Shown piece by piece: positions 1-9,121 of a DNA stretch of 64,000 nucleotides (position 1 is its first letter; each line of letters begins with the position of its first letter). The notes below the pieces were generated by a model. That model made no database searches. It was not told where the DNA came from and worked only from the letters and a program-made list of their open reading frames with translations. Origin of the DNA: a virus. A program made the position numbers and the translations under genes. The DNA is taken from the IMG/VR virus record IMGVR_UViG_3300005466_000024, positions 96,001 through 160,000 of that record. One strand, given 5' to 3'.

Positions 1-214
1 CCACGTGCTGCAGCAGCGCCACCGAGGGCAGGTCGCCGTACTTGACGGCGAGTTCGCAGACCATGAGGACGTGCAGGTTGGCATCGACGTTGAGGGCCAG
101 CTGCGGCAGTGTGTACACGTAGCCCTCGTCGAGGACGCGCAGCTGGCTGTGGGACCGGAATGTTTCCTGGGTCAGGAACCGGAGTAGTTCGGCGTCGGTC
201 GCCGGTTCGGTCAC
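1..214 (-). CDS. Hypothetical protein, partial (runs off the left edge)
   Basis: GTG at 214 overlaps the TGA of the HNH gene; open frame MTEPATDAELLRFLTQETF... with GC3-rich codons. Confidence 0.5.
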   Translation of the reverse strand, partial: MTEPATDAELLRFLTQETFRSHSQLRVLDEGYVYTLPQLALNVDANLHVLMVCELAVKYGDLPSVALLQHV

Positions 215-552
215 GCGAACACACCTCCCCCCTCGTTCGGGATCTTGGCGATGGTGTCGGCGGCTGCCGCCGCCGCGTAGCCCTGCTGGGCGTAGCGGGC
301 GCGCGTGGTTCCCGCGTAACCCTTGAGGGTGGTTAGCTGCCCACCGTTCTTCGCCATCTGGTACAGCAGGACGTGTGTTCCGTAATGGCAGCTGTCGCAG
401 CATTGGACGAGATTCTCGGGAACCGTTTTCCCCCCGCATTCCTGGGGGTAGATGTGGTGCCAGACGAATCGCAGGGGGCTCGGGGTGTGGCTTTTGGCGA
501 GGTCGCAGCGTGTCGCCCTGCCGACGCCGGGGAGTTCGAGGACGAATCCCAT
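211..552 (-). CDS. HNH endonuclease-like protein
   Basis: HHIYPQECGG...ENLVQCCDSCHYGTH matches the HNH/Zn pattern; ATG at 552 just after the upstream stop. Confidence 0.7.
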   Translation of the reverse strand: MGFVLELPGVGRATRCDLAKSHTPSPLRFVWHHIYPQECGGKTVPENLVQCCDSCHYGTHVLLYQMAKNGGQLTTLKGYAGTTRARYAQQGYAAAAAADTIAKIPNEGGGVFA

Positions 553-554
553 GG

Positions 555-1295
555 TTACACCGCCGCAGCACGTAGGACGGTGACATCCCCCTGGTTGGCC
601 AGCAGCGTTCGCAGGTCGGCGTCGAGCAGCCAGAATTCGCCGGGCTGTTTGACGCCGATGGTGCGCGGGTTCCAGCTGTTCCCCCAGTGGTTGCGGCACA
701 GGTTCATCCGATGGACGGCGTCACGGCCCCGGCACATGTACTCGTGCCCGCCGGCGATGGTGGAGTCGTTCAGTGGACCCACCCGCAGGATCCCGTTGTC
801 GTCCGGGGTGAACATCGAGTTGGTCCACAGGGTGCCCAGGCACACCGGCTGGGTGGCGATGGCGGCCAGGTACTGGTCCCAGGTGAAGCAGTGGTCGTAG
901 CGGCTGATCAGGCCGATCGACTTGAGTGCCTTGGCCAGGCCCAGACCGCTCGATCCGGTGTCATCGGGAGGGTAGGTGCCGTCGAACTCGTCCTTCTGGG
1001 TGGCCAGCCCGTAGAACCAGCGACCGCTGGCGTCGTCGTAGAAGCCGCCGCCGTGTTTGGCCTTGCGCAGCTGCGTGAAGGGTCCGGTGTTGAGCACGTC
1101 GGCACCGGTCCAGCCGACGCAGCCACCGAGGTTGCCCTGGTTGAGGATGGGGGCGGCGTCGGGCCAGATGACGGTGGTGGCGCGCCGTGGCGGTGGGGCG
1201 GTGAACGCGTACGCCCGCGACCGTGGGTCGTGCTCGACGTGCCGGCCCAGGGGGTAGGGGCCTGCAGGCATCGGCAGCTTTTCTACTGTGGTCAC
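555..1295 (-). CDS. Papain-like (C1-type) cysteine peptidase
   Basis: NQGNLGGCVGW (Gln oxyanion, catalytic Cys), GGHEY (His), RNHWGNSW (Asn/Trp). Confidence 0.8.
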   Translation of the reverse strand: MTTVEKLPMPAGPYPLGRHVEHDPRSRAYAFTAPPPRRATTVIWPDAAPILNQGNLGGCVGWTGADVLNTGPFTQLRKAKHGGGFYDDASGRWFYGLATQKDEFDGTYPPDDTGSSGLGLAKALKSIGLISRYDHCFTWDQYLAAIATQPVCLGTLWTNSMFTPDDNGILRVGPLNDSTIAGGHEYMCRGRDAVHRMNLCRNHWGNSWNPRTIGVKQPGEFWLLDADLRTLLANQGDVTVLRAAAV

Positions 1296-1329
1296 ACTGG
1301 CTCCTGCCGCGAGGGGTTTCTACTCCTTT

Positions 1330-2073
1330 TCACTGGGCGACACGAAGGAGGTACACGCCTGCGGAGGGGATGCCGGTGGAGGCCACGGTGCTGGTCTGGC
1401 CGTTGAGGTCGCGCAACCACAGCGAAATGACGATGTTGGTGGTGGACGCATAGGGGGTTGGGGACATGCCGGGGCCGGCGGGGCACGGACTCACCGCGAC
1501 CGCCTGCAGGTCGTTGAAGTTGGACCGGCCCACCCCACGGGCCACGATGGTCTGCCCGGCATAGGACGCGGAGCCGTCGGAGATGGCGGCCTCGATGACC
1601 GGGCGCCCGTAGCTGGCGGGGGTGGCCAGCACGGTGGCGAACACCCACGGCTGGAACGCGATGTTCTGCACGCCGATGGCGAAGTTGGCGATCAGCACCG
1701 GGGTGGTGCCCGTACTGCCACCGGTCACCGAAGTCGGCCCGAATGGACCCAGGAGGTACCCGGCGCCCAGGGGCGGGAACTGGGCCAGCGGCACCTTGCC
1801 GCTGGCGTTCAGTGAGGCGACCCCGTTGGGTTGGCCCACCGTGGACAGCGGGATGTTCAGTGCATCCTGGCTTTGGTAGTAGGCGGGCAGCTCGAAGGTC
1901 TGATCCTGGGTGTCGATGTAGGTTTTCGAGGCCTTGGTGGCGGCGGCATCATCGACGTCGCTGGCGGCGCTGATCTGGCTGACCGGCCCGGAGGTCAGCA
2001 CGGTTTCGGCCTGCAGCCTGTTGGCGAGGTCGGTGCCGTTCTGCGGCGACGGGCCGACGTAATTCAGCGGCAT
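1330..2073 (-). CDS. Putative minor tail/virion protein (paralog 1 of 3)
   Basis: Shares N-terminal Y.G..P, TYIDTQD and NGVASLNASGK motifs with the two neighbours; tail-gene context. Confidence 0.6.
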   Translation of the reverse strand: MPLNYVGPSPQNGTDLANRLQAETVLTSGPVSQISAASDVDDAAATKASKTYIDTQDQTFELPAYYQSQDALNIPLSTVGQPNGVASLNASGKVPLAQFPPLGAGYLLGPFGPTSVTGGSTGTTPVLIANFAIGVQNIAFQPWVFATVLATPASYGRPVIEAAISDGSASYAGQTIVARGVGRSNFNDLQAVAVSPCPAGPGMSPTPYASTTNIVISLWLRDLNGQTSTVASTGIPSAGVYLLRVAQ

Positions 2074-2180
2074 GTCGCGGCTCTTTCCATGACGGCGTTA
2101 CAGGCGTTGATGGTCTGCATTGCGTAAATGAAGAGCTGGACAATCATTGCTCGTATTATCAAACTGGTTTCCGCACTCAT
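2064..2180 (-). CDS. Possible 38-aa hydrophobic peptide MSAETSLIIRAMIVQLFIYAMQTINACNAVMERAATCR
   Basis: GAGGTGG upstream of ATG; fills the AT-rich gap between two tail genes. Confidence 0.3.
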   Translation of the reverse strand: MSAETSLIIRAMIVQLFIYAMQTINACNAVMERAATCR

Positions 2181-2188
2181 TTCCCACC

Positions 2189-2986
2189 TCATATTGCGGG
2201 CATGACGAGGACGCTGAACACCAGGCCGGTCCCGGAGAACACGTATCCACTGGTAGCGTAATTACATCCCCATAAATCCAGTTCCAGTGCTCCATTGATG
2301 GGCGGGACACTTGTCGGTGTGTTTCCCGATGCGCCGTACGGCAGCACGGGGTAGAACGCCAGTTTCTGGTAGGCCCCGGTGCACACTGCGGTGGCGTAGA
2401 CGGTATTGCCGACTCCCGAGGGCGGCATGACGGTCAGCAGGCCGAGGTTGCCGCTGCCCAGGGTGCGGTCGCCGGGCGGGGTGCCGCCATTGGAGTAGCC
2501 GCCGACGATCGCGAACGGGATGGCCCGCCACGGCCAGCCGGGGTCGGGGATGGGCAGCGACGCCAGCTGGTATTCGCGCAGGCTCTGGGTGGTCACCTGG
2601 TGGGTGTTGCCCGAGGTGAGGAACACGTTGCCGTTGGTGGCGGCGTCGTAGGCCTTGGTGACTCGGTCGGTGACCACACCGGTGGGCACCTGCCCGGTGG
2701 GCAGGTTGCCCGAGCTCAGGCTGGCGACCCCGTTGGCGGCGCCGAGCGCGCTGGTGGGCACGTACAACGCGTCTGCGGCGGTGACGTCGGTTTTGTGGGC
2801 GCGCAGCGCGTCCTGGCTGTTGACGTAGGTCTGCGTCTGCAGGGCGTTGGCGGTGATCGCGTCGGCGATCTGGGCGTTGACGTAGGCGGCGTCGACGAGC
2901 ACGGAATCGTTCTCGTCGTCTGCCCACGCCTTGGGCAGGATGCTGGCGTCGGAGTTCGGGTACTGCCCCTCGTACTGGAGACTCAT
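2189..2986 (-). CDS. Putative minor tail/virion protein (paralog 2 of 3)
   Basis: TYVNSQDALR and ANGVASLSSG motifs shared with neighbours. Confidence 0.6.
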   Translation of the reverse strand: MSLQYEGQYPNSDASILPKAWADDENDSVLVDAAYVNAQIADAITANALQTQTYVNSQDALRAHKTDVTAADALYVPTSALGAANGVASLSSGNLPTGQVPTGVVTDRVTKAYDAATNGNVFLTSGNTHQVTTQSLREYQLASLPIPDPGWPWRAIPFAIVGGYSNGGTPPGDRTLGSGNLGLLTVMPPSGVGNTVYATAVCTGAYQKLAFYPVLPYGASGNTPTSVPPINGALELDLWGCNYATSGYVFSGTGLVFSVLVMPAI

Positions 2987-2990
2987 GCGC

Positions 2991-4229
2991 TCACGCCGGT
3001 ATCGGGACGATGTGCAGCGCCGGTTCCAGGGTGGAGGCCGCCGCCGTGGAGGTGGTGCCGCTGCGCACGAGTGTGACGACCAGGGTGGTGGCCCCGGTTA
3101 GGACGGATTGTGCCGCGTAGGCGACCGGCAGGATGGTGGCGGTGGAGTGGTTGTTGGGGTCGCCGGTCGGCACGGTGTTGGAGAACCAGGCGCCACCGGG
3201 CTGGCCGGGCCCACCGCGACCCCAGAACAGGCCGAACAGTCCCCACCCGCCGCCGCCGCCGCCCTGCCCCGCCGTGCCGGGGTTGTAGGTCTTCGAGTTG
3301 AAGGTGAAGTTGCCCGGGGCTTGGGCGCCGCCGTGGCCGGAGCCGCCGGTGGCGGTCAGCCCGGCCCACACGTCGGGGGTCAGGGTGGTGTTGCCGCCAG
3401 CGGCGCCGGCCGCGCCCTCCGTTGATCCGCCGGCGCCGGCCGTCCCGACGGTCCCGTTGATCGTGGTGGTGCCTGCGGGTAGGTTGCCGCCCACTGTCAG
3501 GGTGATCCCGGCCCAGTGCCCGGCGTTGCCGGATTCCCCGTTGGTCAGTTCACCGCCCGCCTGTCCGCCGGCTCCGGCACCGAGGATCACCACGTCGAAC
3601 GGAGAGGTGGTGATGGAGTAGCTGAACGCTCCGGGCGTGAGGTAGACGCCGCTGGAGCTGAAGACGTAGTGCTCGGAGCTGCCGTAGCCGTTCGCGACGA
3701 TGGCTCCGGTGGTCGAGCCGATCCGCACCCGCACGACCGGGTACTCGCCGTCGATGGTGGTGGTCACATCGACGGTGCCGATCACCGCCAACTTGTAGGC
3801 GAAGCCGGGGTCGGCGACGGTGGCGGAGTAGATGGTGGTTTCGGTGCTGGTGGCGTTGCTGACGGTGGCCTGGTTGTAGCTGACCGGGGAGAAGAACGGG
3901 GCGGGCCAGCGCTGGGTGGAGGCGATGTTGGCGAGGTTGGCGACCCCGATCTTGCCACTGGCGTTCAGCGCGACCGGGCCGCTGGCGGTACCGACCTGTG
4001 ACAGGTGCAGCCGTGTGGAGTCGCCGGCATCGATGAACCCGCGGGTGGCGTTGAGTGCGTCCTGGGTGTCCACGTAGGACCGTGTCACATAGGCGGCAAA
4101 CCCAGCAGTGATGAGCGTATCGACCTGGTCCTGGGGCAGGTTCTCGGCGAGCAGCGACTGTAGGTAGGCGTTGTTGACCAGATCCTGGGACTGGGTCGGA
4201 GTGGGACCGGCATAAGGGAGGCCTGCCAT
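2991..4229 (-). CDS. Putative minor tail protein with Gly-rich domain (paralog 3 of 3)
   Basis: Shared N-terminal module, then a GAGAGG/GGGGG Gly-rich domain typical of actinophage minor tail proteins. Confidence 0.65.
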   Translation of the reverse strand: MAGLPYAGPTPTQSQDLVNNAYLQSLLAENLPQDQVDTLITAGFAAYVTRSYVDTQDALNATRGFIDAGDSTRLHLSQVGTASGPVALNASGKIGVANLANIASTQRWPAPFFSPVSYNQATVSNATSTETTIYSATVADPGFAYKLAVIGTVDVTTTIDGEYPVVRVRIGSTTGAIVANGYGSSEHYVFSSSGVYLTPGAFSYSITTSPFDVVILGAGAGGQAGGELTNGESGNAGHWAGITLTVGGNLPAGTTTINGTVGTAGAGGSTEGAAGAAGGNTTLTPDVWAGLTATGGSGHGGAQAPGNFTFNSKTYNPGTAGQGGGGGGWGLFGLFWGRGGPGQPGGAWFSNTVPTGDPNNHSTATILPVAYAAQSVLTGATTLVVTLVRSGTTSTAAASTLEPALHIVPIPA

Positions 4230-4276
4230 TCGTCACCACCTTGCCCTATTATCCATCGGGGATATACGCCCTGCTA

Positions 4277-7200
4277 TCATCCGATTACCAGAGCATTCCA
4301 TTGCCCCGTAGTGGGTGTACTGTCGAATTGCAGTGACACGGTATTCGCGCTCGTAGCGGTCCATCCGATGAGCGCTCCCGTTCCTCCCGCAACCTGCGTC
4401 AGGGACACCCACAAGGTGGTGGTGTTGAGGTTGTGCGTCAGTGTCGCCGGGTTGGAGGGGGGTACCGGCAGCACCTTCTTGCGGGCGGCGACCGCCGGGT
4501 CCAGGGCGATGCCGCTGCTGGTGACCTGGCAGCCACCGCCTGTGGCGGCGACGGCGGTGAAGGTTTGTGCCGGGGCGGTCCCGGTGATGTTGATGCCGTT
4601 GCCCTGGGCGGGTGCGTACGGCGGGGCGACCGACCCGACCTGGGTCCAGTTGTTGGCGTTGGTGTCCACCACCCCGGAGGCCGAGCTGACCTGCCACAGC
4701 GTGTTGGCCCTGGTGTTGCCGGAGGCGACCACGACGAGGGTGCCGCGCACCAGGTAGGCGCCGGAGGCCATGTCGGTGGTACGCGTCCACGCCGAGCTGT
4801 TCACCGTCCAGGCACCGTTCTGGATGGAGGAGGACTGCGCGGTGAGCAGCACGGTGGAGCCGACCGCCATCAGTACCCCGTCGGCGCTCTGCTGCCCGGA
4901 CAGTGAGGCGATGTTGGCGGTGGCGACGTAGTTGACTCGCTGTTTGATCTCGGTGGAGGTGGCCAGGATCGTCTGCACGTCGGTGGGCGAGGTCTTGCCG
5001 GCCAGCCCGGTGGTCAGTGCGGTGGTGGTGGCCAGGCTGTTGATGGTGTTTTGCAGGTTGGTGATCTGGCTGATCGGAATGCTGGCGTTGGCGGCCAGTG
5101 CCCCCACGTCGGCGGCCTGCAGGAACACCGTGCCGGTTTGGCCGTTGACGGTGAGCACCGGTGCCAGCGGCACCGACAGCGGCATCCAGTTGGCTGCCTG
5201 CGACGGGTCGGTGCCCATCAGCATGTAGGTGCCCTGGTCGGCGGTGGCGGTGATGCTGGCCAGCCAGCCGGGACCGACCTGGGAGGTGGTCAGTGCGAGC
5301 ATCGCCGCCTTGTTGGCCACCTGCACCATCAGGGTGACCACGGTGGTGGGGATCTGGTTGGCCGGGACCACCCCGCCGACCAGGTCGGCCTTGGCCGCCA
5401 GTGTGGAGCCGAGTCCGCTCACCTGACTCTGTGGGATCGTCGGGATCTCGCCCAGGGGCACGGTGCCGGAGATGAGGTCGGCCTTGACCGCCAGGGTCGA
5501 GGTGAGTCCGGTGACCTGGGTTTGCGGGATGGACGGCAGTTCACCCAGGGGGATGACCCCGGAAACCAGGTCGGCCTTGGTTCCCAGCGCGGACGTCAAT
5601 CCACTGACCTGGGATTGTGGGATCGTCGGCAGCTGGGACAGCGGCACGGTGCCGCTGACCAGGTCGGCCTTGGTGGCGAACTGCGCCAGCGCCGTCGTCA
5701 GCCCCGTCACCTGGCTTTGTGGCAGCGCCGGGATCTCGGCGAGCGGTACGGTGCCGGAGACCAGATCTGCCTTCGTTGGCATTGCGTTTTGCAGTGTCGT
5801 CACGTCCGAGGCGAGCGCGTAGACCGCGTCGGCGGGTCCGGCCTCGTTCCAGCGACGCAGCTGCAGGTGTCCGTTGGGGGTGATGTAGGCGTAGCGCACG
5901 TCCTGGGCGCGGGCCCCGGCCGGGTTGTTGTAGGGGGTACCGGTGGTGCCGGTGACGGTGCCGTCGGAGTCGACGCCCCACGGCGAGTGCAGGGTGACGG
6001 TCGAGAAGTTGGTGGTCTGGCTGGCGGCCTGCCAGTATTCGGTCGCACCGGCGGGGGCACCGGCTCCGCCGGTGCCGCCCACTTGGCTTTGCAGCGCCGA
6101 AATGTCGTCGCGGATGGTGGTCAGGTCGGTGGGCAGGCTGGTGATCTGGCTTTGCGGGATCGCCGCACTGGCCGCCAGCGCCCCGACGTCGTCGGGTCCG
6201 AGGATGACGTTGCCGGTCATGGCGTTGACCGACAGCACGGCACCGCCAGCGGCCACCACGTCGCCGTCCTTGTCGGTCACCTGGTGCAGTTCGTTGACCA
6301 GTGCGATGTTGGCGGGCAGCACCGAGTCGTCGATGGTGCCGGTGGTGCCGCCGCTGGTGCGCACGATGGTGGTGTCGTTCTGGATGGCGGTGACGTCGTC
6401 GGCCACCGCGGCGACCGCTTCCGTGGTGGCCAGTCCGGACAGTGTGGTGGCCAGCCCGGTCACCTGGGCCATCGACACGTGACCGGTGGCGGCGTCGACC
6501 GCCCCGACGTCGGCGGCGGTGAGCACCACGTCGCCCTGTTTGCCGTTGACCGACACGACGCGTTGCAGGGCGATCCAGTTGTTCAGCTGCGACGGGTTGG
6601 GTCCGGCCAGCCCGTAGAGCAGGGGGCCGGTGCCGACCAGGGCGATGTCGCCGATCTGCACCTGGGAGGGGTATTGCAGGGCGAGCATGTCGGAAACGGT
6701 GGTCACCGGGATCCAGCTGGTGATCGCGGCCGGCGGGATCTCCGAGATGGGGACGTGGTTGGTGTCATCGAGGTCGGCCTTGTGCGGCAGGGTGGTCTGG
6801 ATGGTGCCGATCGCGATGGAGTTCGTGTTGACCGTGTTGCCCAGCGAGGTCTGCAGGGCGGCGATGTTCTGCTGGCTGGTGATGATGGCCTGGTTGAACT
6901 GCTCATCGATGAGCAAGGTCATGTCGGCGCGCACCCGGGTGTCGGCGGCACCGCGAGTGACCGTCTCGGCGGTCAGCGAGTTCTGCAGTGCCTCCACGTC
7001 GGCACTGGTGGCGACTGGGGTGCCGGCGGCGTCCACGACGTCACCGGCGTCGTTGAGGCGGGCCACGCGACCGGGCACCCCCAGGTCGGCCTGCTGCAGG
7101 TAGACCTCGGCATCAATGATGAGCCCCAGGTTGGGCAGCTCATCGAAGCTGATGTCGGCGTCGGGCATGGCGAAGTCCGACGTGAACAGCTCCCCGGTCA

Positions 7201-7483
7201 CCCCACCGGCCCGCCACGCCGCCCGGTAGGTCAGGGGTGTGCTCAGGTTCGGGTTGTTGCTCGGCACCAGCTGGAAGGTGACCGGGTTGTTGGGCTGCGC
7301 CAGCAGCACCTCCTGTACCCCGGCGGGGTCGACGAAGGTGGCGGATCCGTTGGTGACGGGCAGCGATGCGGTGGCCAGCGACTGCACGATGACCTGCATG
7401 GTTTGGGGGCGCTGGTCGGGGTAGGTGACGCTGCGCGCGAAATTGAACGTCAGCGCGCGGCGGATCACAGCTGGAGCCGTCAT
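4277..7483 (-). CDS. Long tail-fibre-like protein (1068 aa)
   Basis: SVNGKQGDVVLTAADVGA-type motifs, KADL repeats, C-terminal THNLNT module. Confidence 0.75.
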   Translation of the reverse strand: MTAPAVIRRALTFNFARSVTYPDQRPQTMQVIVQSLATASLPVTNGSATFVDPAGVQEVLLAQPNNPVTFQLVPSNNPNLSTPLTYRAAWRAGGVTGELFTSDFAMPDADISFDELPNLGLIIDAEVYLQQADLGVPGRVARLNDAGDVVDAAGTPVATSADVEALQNSLTAETVTRGAADTRVRADMTLLIDEQFNQAIITSQQNIAALQTSLGNTVNTNSIAIGTIQTTLPHKADLDDTNHVPISEIPPAAITSWIPVTTVSDMLALQYPSQVQIGDIALVGTGPLLYGLAGPNPSQLNNWIALQRVVSVNGKQGDVVLTAADVGAVDAATGHVSMAQVTGLATTLSGLATTEAVAAVADDVTAIQNDTTIVRTSGGTTGTIDDSVLPANIALVNELHQVTDKDGDVVAAGGAVLSVNAMTGNVILGPDDVGALAASAAIPQSQITSLPTDLTTIRDDISALQSQVGGTGGAGAPAGATEYWQAASQTTNFSTVTLHSPWGVDSDGTVTGTTGTPYNNPAGARAQDVRYAYITPNGHLQLRRWNEAGPADAVYALASDVTTLQNAMPTKADLVSGTVPLAEIPALPQSQVTGLTTALAQFATKADLVSGTVPLSQLPTIPQSQVSGLTSALGTKADLVSGVIPLGELPSIPQTQVTGLTSTLAVKADLISGTVPLGEIPTIPQSQVSGLGSTLAAKADLVGGVVPANQIPTTVVTLMVQVANKAAMLALTTSQVGPGWLASITATADQGTYMLMGTDPSQAANWMPLSVPLAPVLTVNGQTGTVFLQAADVGALAANASIPISQITNLQNTINSLATTTALTTGLAGKTSPTDVQTILATSTEIKQRVNYVATANIASLSGQQSADGVLMAVGSTVLLTAQSSSIQNGAWTVNSSAWTRTTDMASGAYLVRGTLVVVASGNTRANTLWQVSSASGVVDTNANNWTQVGSVAPPYAPAQGNGINITGTAPAQTFTAVAATGGGCQVTSSGIALDPAVAARKKVLPVPPSNPATLTHNLNTTTLWVSLTQVAGGTGALIGWTATSANTVSLQFDSTPTTGQWNALVIG
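5348..5773 (-). repeat. Five coding repeats of about 31-34 aa, KADL(V/I)SG.VPL..(I/L)P.(I/L)PQSQV.GL
   Basis: Visible in the translation of 4277..7483. Confidence 0.85.
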
Positions 7484-7532
7484 GTCGGCACCCTCACGGC
7501 GAACCTCCCGACGGTCGGTTCTTTGTCACCCC

Positions 7533-8276
7533 TTAGCGCGTGAAGGGCCGCAGCTGCAGCCTGATCTGGTGGTCGGGGGCCACCGCCCCGTCGGGGGCGG
7601 TGCCCCGGTGGTAGTGCCTCTGCCAGCCCTCGCCCGACGCTGCGAACGCGGCGTGGAACGCGTCACGGCTCTTGCACCACGCCGCGTTGGCGCTGGCTAG
7701 TTCGGGGTCGTCGGTGATCGGCCGGATCCGTGGGGTGAATTCCTCGAGTTCGCCGCGACGCACCGGCATGATCATCGTGATCGGTTCGCCCTTGTAGAAG
7801 GTGACCCAGTGCCCGGGCCGGGTGATCTGCCAGTTCATCGTGAACGTCGCTGGTGTCCAGTCGGTCTCCACCAGACCCTCCAGCGCCGCGATGCCGTCCT
7901 TGGGCCTGTTGGCCGGGCCGCGCACCAGCAGGTTGTAACCGGGTGGGGTGCGAAACAGCCAGGGCAGTGTCCACGTCACAATGCCCTGACCGAAGTGTGA
8001 TGCCGGGTAGCAGTACTCCGGGTTGGCCACCGGGTTGTCGCGGTCCGTCTGCATGGCCTGCATCTCGATGTCGGTCCGCAGGGGGCTACCGTTCCAGCGC
8101 ATCCGTACGGTGGCCGGGCAGGAGATCAGCCAGCCGGCCTGGTTGGCCATCAGCATCGGCAGGCACCGGTAGGCGTGCCGGTCGTGGGTGGTGTCCATCC
8201 AGTCGCGCCGCGGCGGCGCCGGGGTCAACGCGAACCCTTCGGCGGGCACCGTTTCGTAGGCGATCAGCTCGCTCAT
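7533..8276 (-). CDS. DUF6065-like protein
   Basis: PAPPRRDWMD...AYRCLPMLMANQAGW and GLVETDW.P.TFTMNW; ATG at 8276 overlaps the upstream TGA. Confidence 0.75.
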   Translation of the reverse strand: MSELIAYETVPAEGFALTPAPPRRDWMDTTHDRHAYRCLPMLMANQAGWLISCPATVRMRWNGSPLRTDIEMQAMQTDRDNPVANPEYCYPASHFGQGIVTWTLPWLFRTPPGYNLLVRGPANRPKDGIAALEGLVETDWTPATFTMNWQITRPGHWVTFYKGEPITMIMPVRRGELEEFTPRIRPITDDPELASANAAWCKSRDAFHAAFAASGEGWQRHYHRGTAPDGAVAPDHQIRLQLRPFTR

Positions 8277-9007
8277 CCGGGGCTGCACAGCTCCTGGGGC
8301 AGCGGGATCTCTGCGACGGTCGATGACCACTGTTCGCGGGTGTCGACCAGCCAGGCGGTGCGCCGCTGGTCGCGCGGGTAGCCGTCGGCGCGCTCCTCGA
8401 TCAACGATGGGCCGTCGCTGTGGTCGAGCAGGGAGGGGCGGCTGTAGGCCACCCGGTGTCCGCACTCGAGTGTCCAGTCGCTGACTGCCTCGTCCAGTGG
8501 CCGCGTGCTGCTGCGCAGGTGGGCCACCAGGTCGGGGATCAGGGCGGTGCGCACGGCGTAGCCGACGCCGTGCAGCAGGTGCCCGCAGACCAGGAAATTG
8601 GGGTCCTCGGCACCGGGCAGCCCGTTGTTGGGCCAGATCACTCGCGCGATGGGGCGCTGCCAATGGGGAGGATTCCCGCGGCCCAGGTACAGGCTGACCA
8701 CGTCGGTGGGGGCGACACGTAGCACCTGGGTGAGCTGGTCGCCGAACCCGTCCACCGCGAGGGCGTCGTCCTCGAGCACCACGCCCCATTCCGTGGTGCT
8801 GTCGGCGAGCCATTCCCAGGCGTCGGTGTGGGTCGGTGTGCAGCCTTGATTCACGCTGTCCCAGATGATCGCCTCGGGTTCGACTTGTTCGGCGAGTGTG
8901 CGCACGAGGTCTTCTCGTAACGGGTGGGCGACGATCACCAGGGAGTACGGGGATTCGACCGGCACATCCTGGATGATCGCCTCGAATTCGGTCGTCAGTT
9001 CTGCCAT
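8273..9007 (-). CDS. Glycosyltransferase-like protein (GT25-like)
   Basis: VVLEDDA acidic motif, LHGVGYAV, PSLLDH; resembles actinophage glycosyltransferases. Confidence 0.65.
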   Translation of the reverse strand: MAELTTEFEAIIQDVPVESPYSLVIVAHPLREDLVRTLAEQVEPEAIIWDSVNQGCTPTHTDAWEWLADSTTEWGVVLEDDALAVDGFGDQLTQVLRVAPTDVVSLYLGRGNPPHWQRPIARVIWPNNGLPGAEDPNFLVCGHLLHGVGYAVRTALIPDLVAHLRSSTRPLDEAVSDWTLECGHRVAYSRPSLLDHSDGPSLIEERADGYPRDQRRTAWLVDTREQWSSTVAEIPLPQELCSPG

Positions 9008-9085
9008 ACCCTTTCCCGTTGGGCATTACCGGGTGGCGTAACGGGTGCTCCCCATTCGCGCGTGGGAAAGGGAGACCACCGGAGA

Positions 9086-9117
9086 TGCGGTCGGGGTGGT
9101 TGAGCACCCCGACCGCA
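9086..9117 (-). terminator. Hairpin immediately downstream of rsr
   Basis: Perfect 13-bp stem TGCGGTCGGGGTG/CACCCCGACCGCA, 6-nt loop, no U-tract. Confidence 0.6.
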
Positions 9118-9121
9118 CGCC

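Noticed and set aside
2189-4400. Diversity-generating retroelement variable regions
   Set aside because: No reverse transcriptase and no near-identical template repeat differing at adenines was seen in the window
5051-7543. Long plus-strand ORFs opposite real genes (also 9308..10858, 30651..32213 and others)
   Set aside because: Antisense shadows typical of GC-rich DNA; no motifs, and the minus-strand frames have clear family signatures
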